NCBI GenBank assembly: GCA_030583805.1 | Contig: CP129476.1 | Span: forward strand, 1,030,657 to 1,094,656 | Direction: 5' to 3' | Length of the DNA stretch: 64,000 nt | DNA from: Patescibacteria group bacterium | GTDB taxonomy: Bacteria > Patescibacteriota > Patescibacteriia > SG8-24 > DYFX01 | Part shown: positions 19,359-29,820 of the stretch, piece after piece | Layout: each line of letters starts with the position of its first letter | Numbering within the stretch: the stretch's first letter is position 1 | The notes under the pieces: generated by a model | What the model was told of the DNA's origin: nothing | The model's input: only the letters and a program-made list of their open reading frames with translations | The model's database searches: none | Translations under genes and position numbers: made by a program

Positions 19359-19430
19359 CCGCCAGCGCTCGGCGGTCTTTTTGCGCGCAAAAAATCTCGG
19401 ACAAAGCCGAGAAGATGCATGTGGAATGGT

Positions 19431-19739
19431 TCAGCTGTTTACCGCGTCGAGGATACGAACCACTTCCTCCACGAGGTCCTCTTCGCGCATCCCTTGAAGC
19501 GCGGCGAGTTTCAGGGCGTCGATGACAAGTTTGGCCGTGGCCTCGCGATAGGCGTCCGTGTCCTGATGGCCATGATCATGTCCTTCGTGCTGTCCGGCCA
19601 GGACACCGACGGCCTTCATGGCGTGCAAGACGACATGGCGCCGCTCTGAAATACCATCCGCCACGTCGATATTCGGGTAGTTTTCCTTGTGGCAGCTCCA
19701 CGTCTTGTGGATGCGGCTGAGCAGTTCTTGGAGGTGCAT
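19431..19739 (-). CDS. MazG-like nucleotide pyrophosphohydrolase (small all-alpha)
   Basis: ~100 aa helical protein with EE..E..D acidic pattern reminiscent of MazG/HisE-like NTP-PPases; weak assignment. Confidence 0.35.
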   Translation of the reverse strand: MHLQELLSRIHKTWSCHKENYPNIDVADGISERRHVVLHAMKAVGVLAGQHEGHDHGHQDTDAYREATAKLVIDALKLAALQGMREEDLVEEVVRILDAVNS

Positions 19740-19744
19740 AGCGT

Positions 19745-21049
19745 CTAAAATAGCGCGGTCAAAGCATTTTTCAGGTGAGGAGAATTTTTCGGCGTGATGA
19801 CCTGGCTGAATTGAAGGCGCTTGGCTTCCGCTTCGCGCTTGTCGACGAACGTGACGGGCCGCAGCTCGCCGCCCAGCCCGACTTCGCCGAAAGCGGCGAG
19901 CGAGGAGGGGAGCGGCTTGCCGGAAAGCGCCGAGACGACGGCCAGGACGACGGCGGCATCGGCAGCGGGTTCTTTCACCTTGTAGCCGCCGGCCACGTTG
20001 ATATGGATGTCGTGGGTTTGCGTCGGTACGCCGAGGCGCTCGGACAATACGGCGAGCAGCACTTGCAGGCGATTGGCGTCGAAACCGGAAGCGCGGCGCT
20101 GTGGGTAGCCGAATGTCGTGCGGCTCGCGAGCGCTTGGATCTCGACCAGGATCGGTCGCGTGCCTTCCATGATGCAGGTGACGACGGAACCGGGAACGTC
20201 TTTCGAGCGATCATGCAAAAAGAAGGAAGACGGGTTGGCGACTTCTTTGAGACCGGCTGCCGTCATCTCGAAAACGCCGACTTCGTCGGTGGCGCCGAAG
20301 CGGTTTTTGGCGGTGCGGAGCAGGCGGTAGTTGGAGGAGCGGTCGCCTTCGAACGAGACCACGACGTCGACGAGGTGCTCGAGCGTTTTCGGACCTGCGA
20401 CGTCGCCGTCCTTCGTGACTTGTCCGACGAGCAGCATCGGTACGCCACTCCTCTTGGCGAACTCCATGAGCTGCGCGGTCAGGGCGCGGATCTGAGACGC
20501 GCCACCTTGGGCGCCTGCTGCTTCGGGGGAGGAGAGCGTCTGGATCGAGTCGATAATCACGAGCGAAGGCTTTTCGGCTTCGATCGTGGCGAGAATGGTC
20601 GAGATATCCGTTTCCGATTGGAACTTGAGGCTTGAGGCCGCCAAGCCGAGGCGCTCGAAACGCAGCGCGACCTGCTCGGCCGATTCTTCCCCGGAGGCAT
20701 AGAGCACGTTCGGTAGGGAAGAGGCGACTTGAAGGAGCAGCGTTGATTTGCCGATGCCCGGTTCTCCGGAGAGCAGGACGAGCGATCCCGGAACGACGCC
20801 GCCGCCCAGCACGCGGTCGAATTCGGCGATGCCTGTCGAACGATGAGCCGTTTTCGAGCCTTTTAACTCGGCAAGCGAGAATGTCTTTCCGGGGCGGCCT
20901 GCGGCAGCCGTCGGTTTTTTCGCTTGGGGAACGGATGCGGCCTCGGCCACGGTGCCCCAGCCTCCGCATTCCAAACAACGCCCGCTCCACTTGGTGGACT
21001 GGGCGTCGCATTTGGTGCAGATGAAGAGCGTTTTCGCGGCCGTTGTCAT
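19745..21049 (-). CDS. radA: DNA repair protein RadA/Sms
   Basis: N-terminal C4 zinc finger (CTKCDAQSTKWSGRCLECGGWG), Walker A GEPGIGKST, KNRFG motif, C-terminal Lon-protease-like domain. Confidence 0.9.
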   Translation of the reverse strand: MTTAAKTLFICTKCDAQSTKWSGRCLECGGWGTVAEAASVPQAKKPTAAAGRPGKTFSLAELKGSKTAHRSTGIAEFDRVLGGGVVPGSLVLLSGEPGIGKSTLLLQVASSLPNVLYASGEESAEQVALRFERLGLAASSLKFQSETDISTILATIEAEKPSLVIIDSIQTLSSPEAAGAQGGASQIRALTAQLMEFAKRSGVPMLLVGQVTKDGDVAGPKTLEHLVDVVVSFEGDRSSNYRLLRTAKNRFGATDEVGVFEMTAAGLKEVANPSSFFLHDRSKDVPGSVVTCIMEGTRPILVEIQALASRTTFGYPQRRASGFDANRLQVLLAVLSERLGVPTQTHDIHINVAGGYKVKEPAADAAVVLAVVSALSGKPLPSSLAAFGEVGLGGELRPVTFVDKREAEAKRLQFSQVITPKNSPHLKNALTALF

Positions 21050-21086
21050 GAGCGGAGCGTACCAGGAAATGCGGCGAACGTGTCAA

Positions 21087-22265
21087 CTAGTCCGGCGACC
21101 AGGCGCTGATCAAAGGGATGAGGCGCGAGCCGCACTCGCTTTTAACGCACCACGTGCCGCTGCGCGCGCGACTCTTCTCGTCACCTCGTCCGCCGCCGCC
21201 GCCCTGCACAACCTGCATTTTGCCGCCGGAAGCCCACCCCATGAAAATCACGGCGTGTGCGCCGACAAGGTCTTCGTTGCCATTATAGATAACGACGCGG
21301 TCGCCGGGCCGGAGTGAATTGGCCCAGCCATCAGGCCAGTTCGAAGGAAGTCTGCCGGCGGTTTTTTCGCTGTTCAAGTAGTCTCGGACTTTCGCAACGG
21401 CGGCCGAGGCCGTGTCGACGCATTCTCCGACCGGCCGCGCTTTCCCTGGGTACTCCTTGTTCACCCCGCAGCGCCAGCCGAAGAGGAATTTTCTTTGCGT
21501 TCGTGAAACGCTGAAAATGCTCCGGCCTTTTCCCAGATCGTTGCAGTTGCCGTCTTTGGAATTGAGGCAGGAAACGGTTCCGACGCCGGCGAGAGCGGTG
21601 ATGGTGCCGGCGGTGTTTCCGCAAGAACCCCAGTTGACGTTGCAGGCATCGGCAATGTCGGCGATCTGGATGACGCGGTCGCGCGGGTTCGTCGCTGTTA
21701 CGACGCCGGCCATTTTGCTCTGGAACTCCGTTTTTGAAGCTTTGCCGGTCGTCGCGAACAGTTGAATGGGGCAGTTCGAATAGCGCGCGGTGTAGCTGCC
21801 CGGGACAGGACCGCTTCCTCCGACGCTCTCCGCGCTGTCGCCGTCCTGGGCGGTTTCGACGTTCGTCGTGCCCAATGTTTCATAGTCTGCAACCTCGGTT
21901 TCGATGCTCAGCAGCCTCAAGCCGTTGAACTCCACCAGGGCGGGATTGATCGTATAGAGCGTCACGTACGAACCGAGCGCCAAGACGACGCCGATCAAGG
22001 CGTCGACGATACGCTTCCGCGCTTTGCCGATCTTCCCGGCGTCGCCAGCCGAGGTCAGGTATTGGAAACCGCCGATGATCATCATGACTGCTGCGACCAC
22101 GCCGATGATCGAAATCATGAACGTGTAGACGCCCGACACGTATTGTCCGATCCATGGAACCGAATAATTTCCCGGCTCCGTGATCGACGTGAGTGTTACG
22201 CCGGGGATCGGTATCTCAAGCCGAGGCGCTTCCGCTTGGGCAAGTTTGGTGAGCGTTTCGTTCAT
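21087..22265 (-). CDS. Membrane-anchored putative peptidoglycan hydrolase: N-terminal two-helix VirB2/TrbC-like hairpin + C-terminal CHAP/NlpC-P60-like domain
   Basis: Two hydrophobic helices separated by a short basic loop (FMISIIGVVAAVMMIIGGFQYLTSAGDAGKIGKARKRIVDALIGVVLALGSYV). Cys...His pattern in the C-terminus (GECVDTASAAV ... PGDRVVIY...GAHAVIFMGW). Gly-rich tail. Confidence 0.4.
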   Translation of the reverse strand: MNETLTKLAQAEAPRLEIPIPGVTLTSITEPGNYSVPWIGQYVSGVYTFMISIIGVVAAVMMIIGGFQYLTSAGDAGKIGKARKRIVDALIGVVLALGSYVTLYTINPALVEFNGLRLLSIETEVADYETLGTTNVETAQDGDSAESVGGSGPVPGSYTARYSNCPIQLFATTGKASKTEFQSKMAGVVTATNPRDRVIQIADIADACNVNWGSCGNTAGTITALAGVGTVSCLNSKDGNCNDLGKGRSIFSVSRTQRKFLFGWRCGVNKEYPGKARPVGECVDTASAAVAKVRDYLNSEKTAGRLPSNWPDGWANSLRPGDRVVIYNGNEDLVGAHAVIFMGWASGGKMQVVQGGGGGRGDEKSRARSGTWCVKSECGSRLIPLISAWSPD

Positions 22266-22267
22266 AC

Positions 22268-22912
22268 TCAGCGAGCAGCTTCAAGCAGCTCTTCGTACGT
22301 CAGGTTTCCGGTGTGTCGCTTGCCGTTGATGAAAAAGGTCGGCAGCGCGTCGATACCGAGCGCCAAGCCCTCGTCGATCGTCCGTTCGACGAACGGACGC
22401 ATGTCGTGCGACTGAAGGCATTCCGCGAACGCCTGGGCGTCGAGGCCGCTTTGTCCCGCCAAAAACGTGAGCGCCGTCTCGTTATAGGAGCCGGTATGCG
22501 CGAAGAGCGCCGTGTGGAACTCCCAGAAGGCGCCTTGTTTTCCCGCGCACATGCCCGCTTCCGCTGCCGTGTCGGCGTCGGGGTGAAGAGGGGACGGCAT
22601 GTCCTTCCAGACGAAACGCACGCGTCCGGGCTGCTCGGCGAGCAGGCGCCGTACCTGATCCTCCGAGGTGCGGCAGTAGGGGCACAGGTAATCGCCGAAC
22701 TCAACGATCGTCACTTCGGCGTCCTTCGGGCCAAGGATCTGGTCCACGAACGTGATGCTGGGTTCCTCAAGCGTTCGCACCGACTGCTCGTTCTTTTCAA
22801 TGACGGGCTCGTTGCCGGCGATCGTCGCGCGCACCACGTTCCAAAAAATGCCAAGCACGGCTCCTCCAAGCACGAGCGCGATAAGGATGACGAGAAAAAA
22901 CTTGCGCTGCAT
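22268..22912 (-). CDS. DsbA-family thiol:disulfide oxidoreductase, membrane anchored
   Basis: Thioredoxin-fold CPYC active site (FGDYLCPYCRT), N-terminal TM. Confidence 0.8.
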   Translation of the reverse strand: MQRKFFLVILIALVLGGAVLGIFWNVVRATIAGNEPVIEKNEQSVRTLEEPSITFVDQILGPKDAEVTIVEFGDYLCPYCRTSEDQVRRLLAEQPGRVRFVWKDMPSPLHPDADTAAEAGMCAGKQGAFWEFHTALFAHTGSYNETALTFLAGQSGLDAQAFAECLQSHDMRPFVERTIDEGLALGIDALPTFFINGKRHTGNLTYEELLEAAR

Positions 22913-22913
22913 A

Positions 22914-24146
22914 CTAGCGAAGAAGCATTTCTTTCAAGGAACCGTCCTGACCGACGTAATAGAGCCTCGTGCCGTCGGGGGAGACGGCGAGCGAGGTGAG
23001 GGGGGACGGCGTGTCCGGTTCGCCGACGAACGTGGAAGTTCCGCTCACGAGGTCGACTTTCATGACCACGTCGGAAAGCGTGTCGGCGATCGAGCGCTCG
23101 AGTCCGGCGGCCTGCGGCAGGTTTCTCGGCACCGCGCAGTAGAGCGTGCTGTCGCCCTGGAAGACGCACTTGTCCGCCCAGGTGTTGAGTCCGAGGCTGC
23201 GGCGACCGCCGCCGACCGTCTCGCTGCTGCCGTCCACGATCCAGAGCAGCGGCTTATAGTCGCTGAGCTGGCTGGCGGCGCTGTAGAGCAAGCGGCTGCC
23301 GCTCGGCGACCAGCTCGGGGTGAAGTCAAAGCCTTCGACCCGCAGCGCCGGGAAGTTTTCGTGATTTTGCCCGATGACCAGGAGATCGCGCGTGTCGAAA
23401 CCGACCGGATCGGACGTATCGGAAAAGGCGACGACGGACGTGTCGGGGGAAACGCTCACTGTCACTTTATCGCCGTTCTGACCCAGGGGTTCGATCAATT
23501 TGGCGCTCGATCCATCGGAAGCGGCGCTGATCAGCCATCGGTTGGCAGGATCGAGCGCCATCGATTTCGCGACGATCGTCGATCCGTCGTTGCTGAAGGT
23601 GATGTCCTGCCAATGGCTCGGCAGCGTGACCTGCTTCTGCGTGGTGAAATCGTAAATGATCTTCGAGTCGTTCGGGAACGTGATGGCGACCTTGTTGCCG
23701 GCGGGGGACCAGACGATTTCGCTGGCATCCGAAAACCGCTGCGTGTTCAGCGCCTGGCTTTCGCCGCTGGGGAGCAGGCGATAAAAACGCCCGTCGAGGC
23801 TGTTGTAATAACTGAGCGAACCGTTCGTGGAAATAGCCGGGCTCTTGATGTCGCCGGTCGCAACGGTGCCCGTCGAGCCGATCGTGCCCGGCGCGGCCCC
23901 CGTCGGGGCGGTCGGTGACGTGGGCGTGCCCGGCGAAGTCGGCAAGCCGCCCCCAACGTCGCCCGTACCCGTCGTCGGGCGTCCGCTTCCGGCGGTCGGC
24001 AAGCCGCCTCCGGTCGTCGGGGCGCCGCCTCCGGTCGTGGGCGGCGTCGTCACGGTCGGCGTACCGAAAAAGAAACGGTACAGTAAATAGCCGAGGCCGA
24101 TGGTGACGCCGATGAACAGGACGATGCTGGCGATTTTCTTGAACAT
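22914..24146 (-). CDS. TolB-like beta-propeller (PD40/WD40-like) protein with N-terminal TM and Thr/Pro/Gly-rich linker
   Basis: N-terminal anchor, low-complexity PTTGGG repeats, repeated D-G-S/T...Y motifs typical of PD40 blades. Confidence 0.5.
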   Translation of the reverse strand: MFKKIASIVLFIGVTIGLGYLLYRFFFGTPTVTTPPTTGGGAPTTGGGLPTAGSGRPTTGTGDVGGGLPTSPGTPTSPTAPTGAAPGTIGSTGTVATGDIKSPAISTNGSLSYYNSLDGRFYRLLPSGESQALNTQRFSDASEIVWSPAGNKVAITFPNDSKIIYDFTTQKQVTLPSHWQDITFSNDGSTIVAKSMALDPANRWLISAASDGSSAKLIEPLGQNGDKVTVSVSPDTSVVAFSDTSDPVGFDTRDLLVIGQNHENFPALRVEGFDFTPSWSPSGSRLLYSAASQLSDYKPLLWIVDGSSETVGGGRRSLGLNTWADKCVFQGDSTLYCAVPRNLPQAAGLERSIADTLSDVVMKVDLVSGTSTFVGEPDTPSPLTSLAVSPDGTRLYYVGQDGSLKEMLLR

Positions 24147-24166
24147 ACGATCTCAGGTAAGTGGCT

Positions 24167-25027
24167 CTAAAGGGCGCGGGCAACGTCGAGGATCGCACCG
24201 AGAATGAAGGCGATCGCGCCGAGCAGCAGAAGATCGAACGCGGCGACGAGAAACGTGATCAGAAACATCGCAACGTATTCGCCCAGCTTGATCGGAAGCA
24301 AGGCGTGCGCCGGTATTTTTTTTCCGAGCTCGCCTGGAAACCACTCTTTGCCGACCTCGGGGATGTATTGTCGCAAGTACTTCGAGGCCCAACCGGCGAA
24401 GAAGAGGATATCGATGATGTAGATGGAATGTCCGAAGGTGAGCCAGAGATTTCCCCACGATATTTTGATGAGCGCGTTGCCCACCATTTTTTTTGCCTCC
24501 TCGCCGCTCATGGGGATGCCGCCGGGGCCCGTTCCTCCCGACGGCGTCGCGAGTTTCATGGCGAGGCCGCCAGGCGTGGGATTCTTGGCGAGCGACATCG
24601 CGTCCCTCATCGAGAGACCGCTGGCTTGTTCGCTTGGGCGCTCTCGCAGTCGAGAGAGAGTTGCCCTTGCTTCTGCTCCGCGCGTACGGGGATCAAGACG
24701 TCGCAGCGTATCTTTGGCGTCCTGCTCGCGCTGCGCATCCTCGCGCCTGCGTTCCGCCATTCCGCCGCCAAGATTATTGACGCGCAGATCGCGTGTTCGC
24801 GTGATTTTGAGATTCGGCGTGTCGACCTCTCCGAGATCCCGAGCCTCATTTGAGCTCGCCGCGCGCGCCCGCCGCAGGGCCATATACCGGTTTTCTTCCT
24901 CTGATTTCCCAGGAAGATTGATGGGCGCACGGTTGGGCGCTTCGCTTTGACGCGCAGACCGCAAACGCTGCTCGTTCGCCGCTTGCGCAGCTGTTGGTCG
25001 ATTCGTTTGCGTCGGTGCATCGGCCAT
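24167..25027 (-). CDS. Hypothetical membrane protein
   Basis: Charged N-terminal half, C-terminal 3 TM helices. Confidence 0.35.
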   Translation of the reverse strand: MADAPTQTNRPTAAQAANEQRLRSARQSEAPNRAPINLPGKSEEENRYMALRRARAASSNEARDLGEVDTPNLKITRTRDLRVNNLGGGMAERRREDAQREQDAKDTLRRLDPRTRGAEARATLSRLRERPSEQASGLSMRDAMSLAKNPTPGGLAMKLATPSGGTGPGGIPMSGEEAKKMVGNALIKISWGNLWLTFGHSIYIIDILFFAGWASKYLRQYIPEVGKEWFPGELGKKIPAHALLPIKLGEYVAMFLITFLVAAFDLLLLGAIAFILGAILDVARAL

Positions 25028-25042
25028 AGCGCTTGAAAAAGG

Positions 25043-27601
25043 TTATGGCTTCACGACCAGCGTATCATCTTTGACCGTCAGCCGCACGGTGCCGCCGCCC
25101 GCGGAATCGCCCGTCAGCAGGCGCTCGGCGATGAGATTCTCGACCATCTCCTGGATGGTTTTGCGCACGCCGCGCGCGCCCTGGAGCGGGATGAAGCTCT
25201 TCTCGGCGATCAGTTTTTCGCCCTTGGCGGTCAGGGCCACCTTGATGCGGTGCTCTGCTTCCAAGCGGCGGTTCAGGTCGTTGATGTGCAGCGTCACGAT
25301 TTTCTGCAGGCTCTCGAGGTCGAGCGGGCGGAAGAGGATGACCTTGTCGATGCGGTTCACGAATTCCGGCTTGAAGTGGCGCTCGAGCTCCTGGAGCATC
25401 GGACCCTTGGCCTCGTTGAACTTGTCGCGGAGCGATTCGCTCTTGTTTGCCGACGCGTTGAAACCGACCGAAGCGGTGCGCAGATGCTGCGAACCGACGT
25501 TCGAGGTCATGATGATGATCGTGTTCTTGAAGTTGATCTTCCTGCCGGAGGCGTCGGTGAGGTGCCCGTCCTCGAAAATCTGGAGGAAAAGGTTCAGGAC
25601 GTCCGGGTGCGCCTTTTCGAGCTCGTCGAAGAGCACGACCGAATACGGGCGCCGCTTCACGGCGTCGGTGAACTTGTTGGAATCGCGGTAGCCGACGTAG
25701 CCGGCGGGGGAGCCGATCAGCTTCGAGATGTTGAAGCTCTCGGTGAACTCCGACATATCGACGCGGATGAAGGCTTCCTTGTCGCGGAAGACGGTTTCGG
25801 CGATCGCCTTGGCGAGCTCCGTCTTGCCGACGCCTGACGGGCCCATGAACAGGAACGAGGCGAGCGGGCGGTTGGGGTGCGCCAAGCCGAGCCGCGCGCG
25901 GCGGATGCTTTCGGCGACCGCTTTGACGGCTTCGTCCTGGCCGATCACGCGTTCGCGCAGTTTGTCTTCGAGTCCGGCGAGGTTACGCTTCTCTTCGAAA
26001 ACGATCTCTTCGACCGGAATGCCGGTCGAGCGGGCAAGCACCTTGGCCACGTCGGCGGCCGTAACTTCCGTGGCCGTCGCTTCAGCGCGGCCTTTTTCGA
26101 GCGACTCCATTTTCTTTTGGAGCGCCTTTTCGTGCTCTTTAAGTGTGAGCGCTTCGTCGAAATTATCGCTCACGACGGCTTGCTGCTTTTTGCTTCGAAC
26201 CTCGCTCAGTTTCGTTTCGACGTCGCGCGCCTCGCGCACTTCGGGATTCTGACCTTCGTTGACGCGCAGCATGGCGGCCGCTTCGTCAATCAGGTCGATC
26301 GCCTTGTCCGGGAGGAAGCGGTCTTGGATGTAGCGCACCGACATCTGCACGGCCGAGTCGATGGCGGCGTCGGAAATTTTCACGCCGTGGAAGTTCTCGA
26401 ACGATTCGCGGAGGCCGCGCAGGATGTCGGCCGCCTGCTCCGGCGTCGGTTCGGCGACTTGGACCGCTTGGAAGCGGCGTTCGAGCGCGCCGTCGGATTC
26501 GATGTGCTTCTTGTATTCGGCCAGGGTCGTCGCGCCGATGCAGCGGATCTCGCCGCGCGCGAGGGCGGGTTTCAAGATGTTGGCGGCGTCGATCGAGCCG
26601 GAGGCGGCGCCCGCGCCCATGATCATGTGGAGCTCGTCGATGAACAAGATGATTTCAGGATGCGATTTCACCTCGTCGATGATCTGCTTGAGGCGCGACT
26701 CGAACTCGCCGCGATAAATCGTGCCGGCGATGATCAGGCCGAGATCGATCGAGATGATGCGCTTGCCTTCGAGCGCCGGCGGCACTTCGCCGCTCGCGAC
26801 TTTCTTGGCGAGGCCTTCGACGATGGCGGTCTTGCCGACGCCCGGTTCGCCGAGGAGCACGGGGTTGTTTTTCGTCTTGCGGCAGAGAACTTGCGTCATG
26901 CGCTCGACTTCGCGCTCGCGGCCGATGACGGTTTCGAATTTCTCGACCAGCTTCTTGCTGGTCATGTCGACGCCGAAGAAATCGAGCGCCGGGGTCTTGG
27001 CGGCGGCGGGGGAGCCGCCTTTGGCCTGGACACCCGCTTTTTCTTTCGCGCCATCCTTCTTTCCCGCCCCCTTCTTGCTCTCCGTCTTCGCCTTGCCGTC
27101 GAACGTTTCCGTCATGTCCGGGAACTTCGAGGTGGACTTGAGAACGCTCGCGATCTGGTCCTTCACCATCTTGAGCGGGATGCCGCGCGATTCAAAATAC
27201 GGCTCGACGTCGTCGCCCGCGACCTGAAGGATGGCCGAGAGAAGATGCTCGGTGCCGACGTATTTGTGTTCGTGCAAATTGGCGGTCAGGACCGCTTTCT
27301 CGATCGTGCGCTTGGCTTCGCCGGAAAGTTTCGGCGAAGCTTCGGAGGCCGCCGCGTCCATTTTCGTCGCCTTGCCGGGCACGTTGCCCGCCACGTCGCC
27401 GACGAAGCGCTTGATGTCCTCCGACGAAGCGCCGAGCTTGCTCAGCACTTCCGAGGCGATCGAGCCTTTCTGCGCGGAGAGCGCGTACATGAGATGCGAC
27501 GGCTCGATCGACGATTGGCGAAGCTCCTGCGCCAAAGCGTAGGCGCGGACGAGCGCGTTCTTGAGATGCGTTGAGAACTTGTCGAGAATTTCCGCGTTCA
27601 T
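25043..27601 (-). CDS. clpC: Clp/Hsp100 AAA+ chaperone, ClpC-like (two AAA modules, short middle domain)
   Basis: Clp_N repeats. D1 Walker [17 protein letters not shown]2 Walker [14 protein letters not shown], sensor motifs. Linker too short for a ClpB M-domain. Confidence 0.85.
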   Translation of the reverse strand: MNAEILDKFSTHLKNALVRAYALAQELRQSSIEPSHLMYALSAQKGSIASEVLSKLGASSEDIKRFVGDVAGNVPGKATKMDAAASEASPKLSGEAKRTIEKAVLTANLHEHKYVGTEHLLSAILQVAGDDVEPYFESRGIPLKMVKDQIASVLKSTSKFPDMTETFDGKAKTESKKGAGKKDGAKEKAGVQAKGGSPAAAKTPALDFFGVDMTSKKLVEKFETVIGREREVERMTQVLCRKTKNNPVLLGEPGVGKTAIVEGLAKKVASGEVPPALEGKRIISIDLGLIIAGTIYRGEFESRLKQIIDEVKSHPEIILFIDELHMIMGAGAASGSIDAANILKPALARGEIRCIGATTLAEYKKHIESDGALERRFQAVQVAEPTPEQAADILRGLRESFENFHGVKISDAAIDSAVQMSVRYIQDRFLPDKAIDLIDEAAAMLRVNEGQNPEVREARDVETKLSEVRSKKQQAVVSDNFDEALTLKEHEKALQKKMESLEKGRAEATATEVTAADVAKVLARSTGIPVEEIVFEEKRNLAGLEDKLRERVIGQDEAVKAVAESIRRARLGLAHPNRPLASFLFMGPSGVGKTELAKAIAETVFRDKEAFIRVDMSEFTESFNISKLIGSPAGYVGYRDSNKFTDAVKRRPYSVVLFDELEKAHPDVLNLFLQIFEDGHLTDASGRKINFKNTIIIMTSNVGSQHLRTASVGFNASANKSESLRDKFNEAKGPMLQELERHFKPEFVNRIDKVILFRPLDLESLQKIVTLHINDLNRRLEAEHRIKVALTAKGEKLIAEKSFIPLQGARGVRKTIQEMVENLIAERLLTGDSAGGGTVRLTVKDDTLVVKP

Positions 27602-27616
27602 AGGCGTATCGATGAG

Positions 27617-28498
27617 TTAAGCGCTCGTTCCCATCTGCCGCAGGGCGGCAATCCGTTTTTCGACGGGGGGATGCGTGGAGAAGAGTCCGGCCATGAACCC
27701 CTTCGGACCGAACGGGTTGGCGATGTAGAGATGCGCCGTGGCGGAGTGCGCGTGCCGCATCGGTTGCTCGTAGCTCGAGATCTTTTCGAGCGCGCGCGCC
27801 AGGCCTTCGGGGTAGCGGGTGAGGAGCGAGCCCGAGGCGTCGGCCAGATACTCGCGCCGCCGCGAGATCGCGAGCTTGACGATGTTCGCGATGATCGGCG
27901 CCAGGATGATGGCGATCAGGCCGAGTACCAGGATCACTGCGCCGCCGCCTTTCCTGTCGCCGCGTCCGTGCAGGCTGATCCGGAAGAAGATGTCCGAGAG
28001 GAAGGCGATGACGCCGACCAGGACGACGACGATCGTCATGACGCGGATGTCGTAATTTTTGATGTGCGAGAGCTCGTGAGCGGTCACGCCTTCCAGCTCC
28101 GTGCGGTCGAGGCGCTTGAGCAGGCCGGTCGTGAAGGCGACGGAGGAGGTTTCGGGCGTCCGTCCGGTCGCGAAGGCGTTCGGCGCCTCGTCCTCGATCA
28201 CGTAGATTTTCGGCATCGGCTGGCCGTTCGCGATGCAGAGATTCTCGACCGTCCGCCAAAGCTCCGGCGCGTGTTCTTTTTTGATTTCCTTGGCGCCCGA
28301 AGCCATGAGCGCCATCTTGTCGCCGGCGAAATACGAAACAAGCGCCGTGACCGAGGCGTAGATGAATGCGAGCGCGATAATCGCGCCGCCCGCGTCGTAA
28401 TAGGCGTCGATGATCCAGCCTAAACCGAGAATCAGCACGACGAACGAAGCGATGAGCGCAACGGTCTTTCTTTTGTTGGAAGTGATCTGTGAATACAT
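27617..28498 (-). CDS. htpX: Zinc metalloprotease HtpX (M48)
   Basis: HELSH zinc motif; four TM helices; C-terminal STHPP...R motif typical of HtpX. Confidence 0.9.
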   Translation of the reverse strand: MYSQITSNKRKTVALIASFVVLILGLGWIIDAYYDAGGAIIALAFIYASVTALVSYFAGDKMALMASGAKEIKKEHAPELWRTVENLCIANGQPMPKIYVIEDEAPNAFATGRTPETSSVAFTTGLLKRLDRTELEGVTAHELSHIKNYDIRVMTIVVVLVGVIAFLSDIFFRISLHGRGDRKGGGAVILVLGLIAIILAPIIANIVKLAISRRREYLADASGSLLTRYPEGLARALEKISSYEQPMRHAHSATAHLYIANPFGPKGFMAGLFSTHPPVEKRIAALRQMGTSA

Positions 28499-28615
28499 AG
28501 CCTTATTTTACCCTTTCTATAAGGAAGGGACAAACAGCTCTGCGGCCTTTTGCACAACATCGATTTTCGCCTTATGCTAGGTAAGATAAGGGTTGATGAT
28601 AACCATTGCGATTGT

Positions 28616-29767
28616 ATGCGAAGCGAGCGGTCTATGCGTCCGGAAAGCCTGGAGTCGGGAGCGGAAGCCATACCGGTTCCGGAGCGCGCCAGTGAACGCA
28701 GTCAAGAGATGGTGGAGCGTATGAGGCAACGCGAGGAGCAAGATCGCGAGCAGCTTGCGCTTGTCCGCACGTCGATCGGTACACCGCCTGTTTCAGGCGT
28801 AACGGGTCATTTTCGCGAGGATCTTTACGGCGATTTCGCACGGGAACAGCGTACGGACGGAAAAATTGTTCTGGAGGGAGAGGCGGCGTCTGCGGCTGGG
28901 AAGGCTGCGGAGGGTTTTCGTCGCGGCGCGAAGTACATGACGAATACGATCATTGGTGAAAAGATTGCCGCCGAGTACGACATTCGTACCAGAAATTTCA
29001 GTACGCAGACATCCATCGCCGAATTGCCGGACGGCCGCAAAGTGTTCATGGTCTACGATCATCGCGGTTCTTGGTTGCATCGCGGCCTCGACGGTTTGAT
29101 GAAGCGATTGAACGGCCTCAGAATGCGCAAAGTTTCGCGCAAGGAGTGGAAAGCGCAATTCGAGTCCAAGAGCACGATTCCGGTCATCGAAAACGAAGAC
29201 CCGGACACGGTGCTGATGCCGTTCCAACCAAACGTCAACGCGCACGACGTCTTCGCCAAGAACGCCGAGATCGAGAATTTCGGAGAGAATGGCTGGGCCA
29301 AAAACGTCGATTTGGAGGGGAAGATCGGTATGGCCGAATCGATTGTCGATGAAATGAAGCGTATTCACGGCACCGGCACGGCTTGGGGCGAACTCATTCT
29401 GCCGAACGTGATTTTCACCGACGAGAAAAAACCGATCGTATGCGATCCGGAAGTGCGCTTTGATAAAGATGTTCCGCTCAACGAAGCAAAAGCTCGCGAT
29501 CTCAAAGATCTCTGTCTTTCGGTTGCCGCAGCGCTCGAACACGCGCATGGCGAGAGCGATTACGGTCGTACAGCGAAAGCGATTCTTGGTCGCTACAATG
29601 ATCCGGTTGTGCTTGGTGAACTCAAAAAGCTCGCATCCAAAAAGCGCGGCGTGCTCGGGACGATCTTCTTCGGCTACGAACAGGCGCGTACCGGCACGAA
29701 AAGCAAGAAGCAATACGATGAGATCCTGAAAGCGATTCGCGAATACGAAGTTCCGGAAGCCGTCTAA
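28616..29767 (+). CDS. Hypothetical protein (possible kinase-like fold)
   Basis: 384 aa. Weak resemblance of HGTGTAWGELILPNVIF to APH/protein-kinase catalytic loop. Start uncertain (ORF opens at 28550). TGcTAGGTAAGAT -10-like element at 28575-28587. Confidence 0.35.
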   Translation: MRSERSMRPESLESGAEAIPVPERASERSQEMVERMRQREEQDREQLALVRTSIGTPPVSGVTGHFREDLYGDFAREQRTDGKIVLEGEAASAAGKAAEGFRRGAKYMTNTIIGEKIAAEYDIRTRNFSTQTSIAELPDGRKVFMVYDHRGSWLHRGLDGLMKRLNGLRMRKVSRKEWKAQFESKSTIPVIENEDPDTVLMPFQPNVNAHDVFAKNAEIENFGENGWAKNVDLEGKIGMAESIVDEMKRIHGTGTAWGELILPNVIFTDEKKPIVCDPEVRFDKDVPLNEAKARDLKDLCLSVAAALEHAHGESDYGRTAKAILGRYNDPVVLGELKKLASKKRGVLGTIFFGYEQARTGTKSKKQYDEILKAIREYEVPEAV

Positions 29768-29820
29768 AATACAACGCCGCCGGACCAGATGGCCGGCGGC
29801 TACGACGTGTTGAGCGTCGG

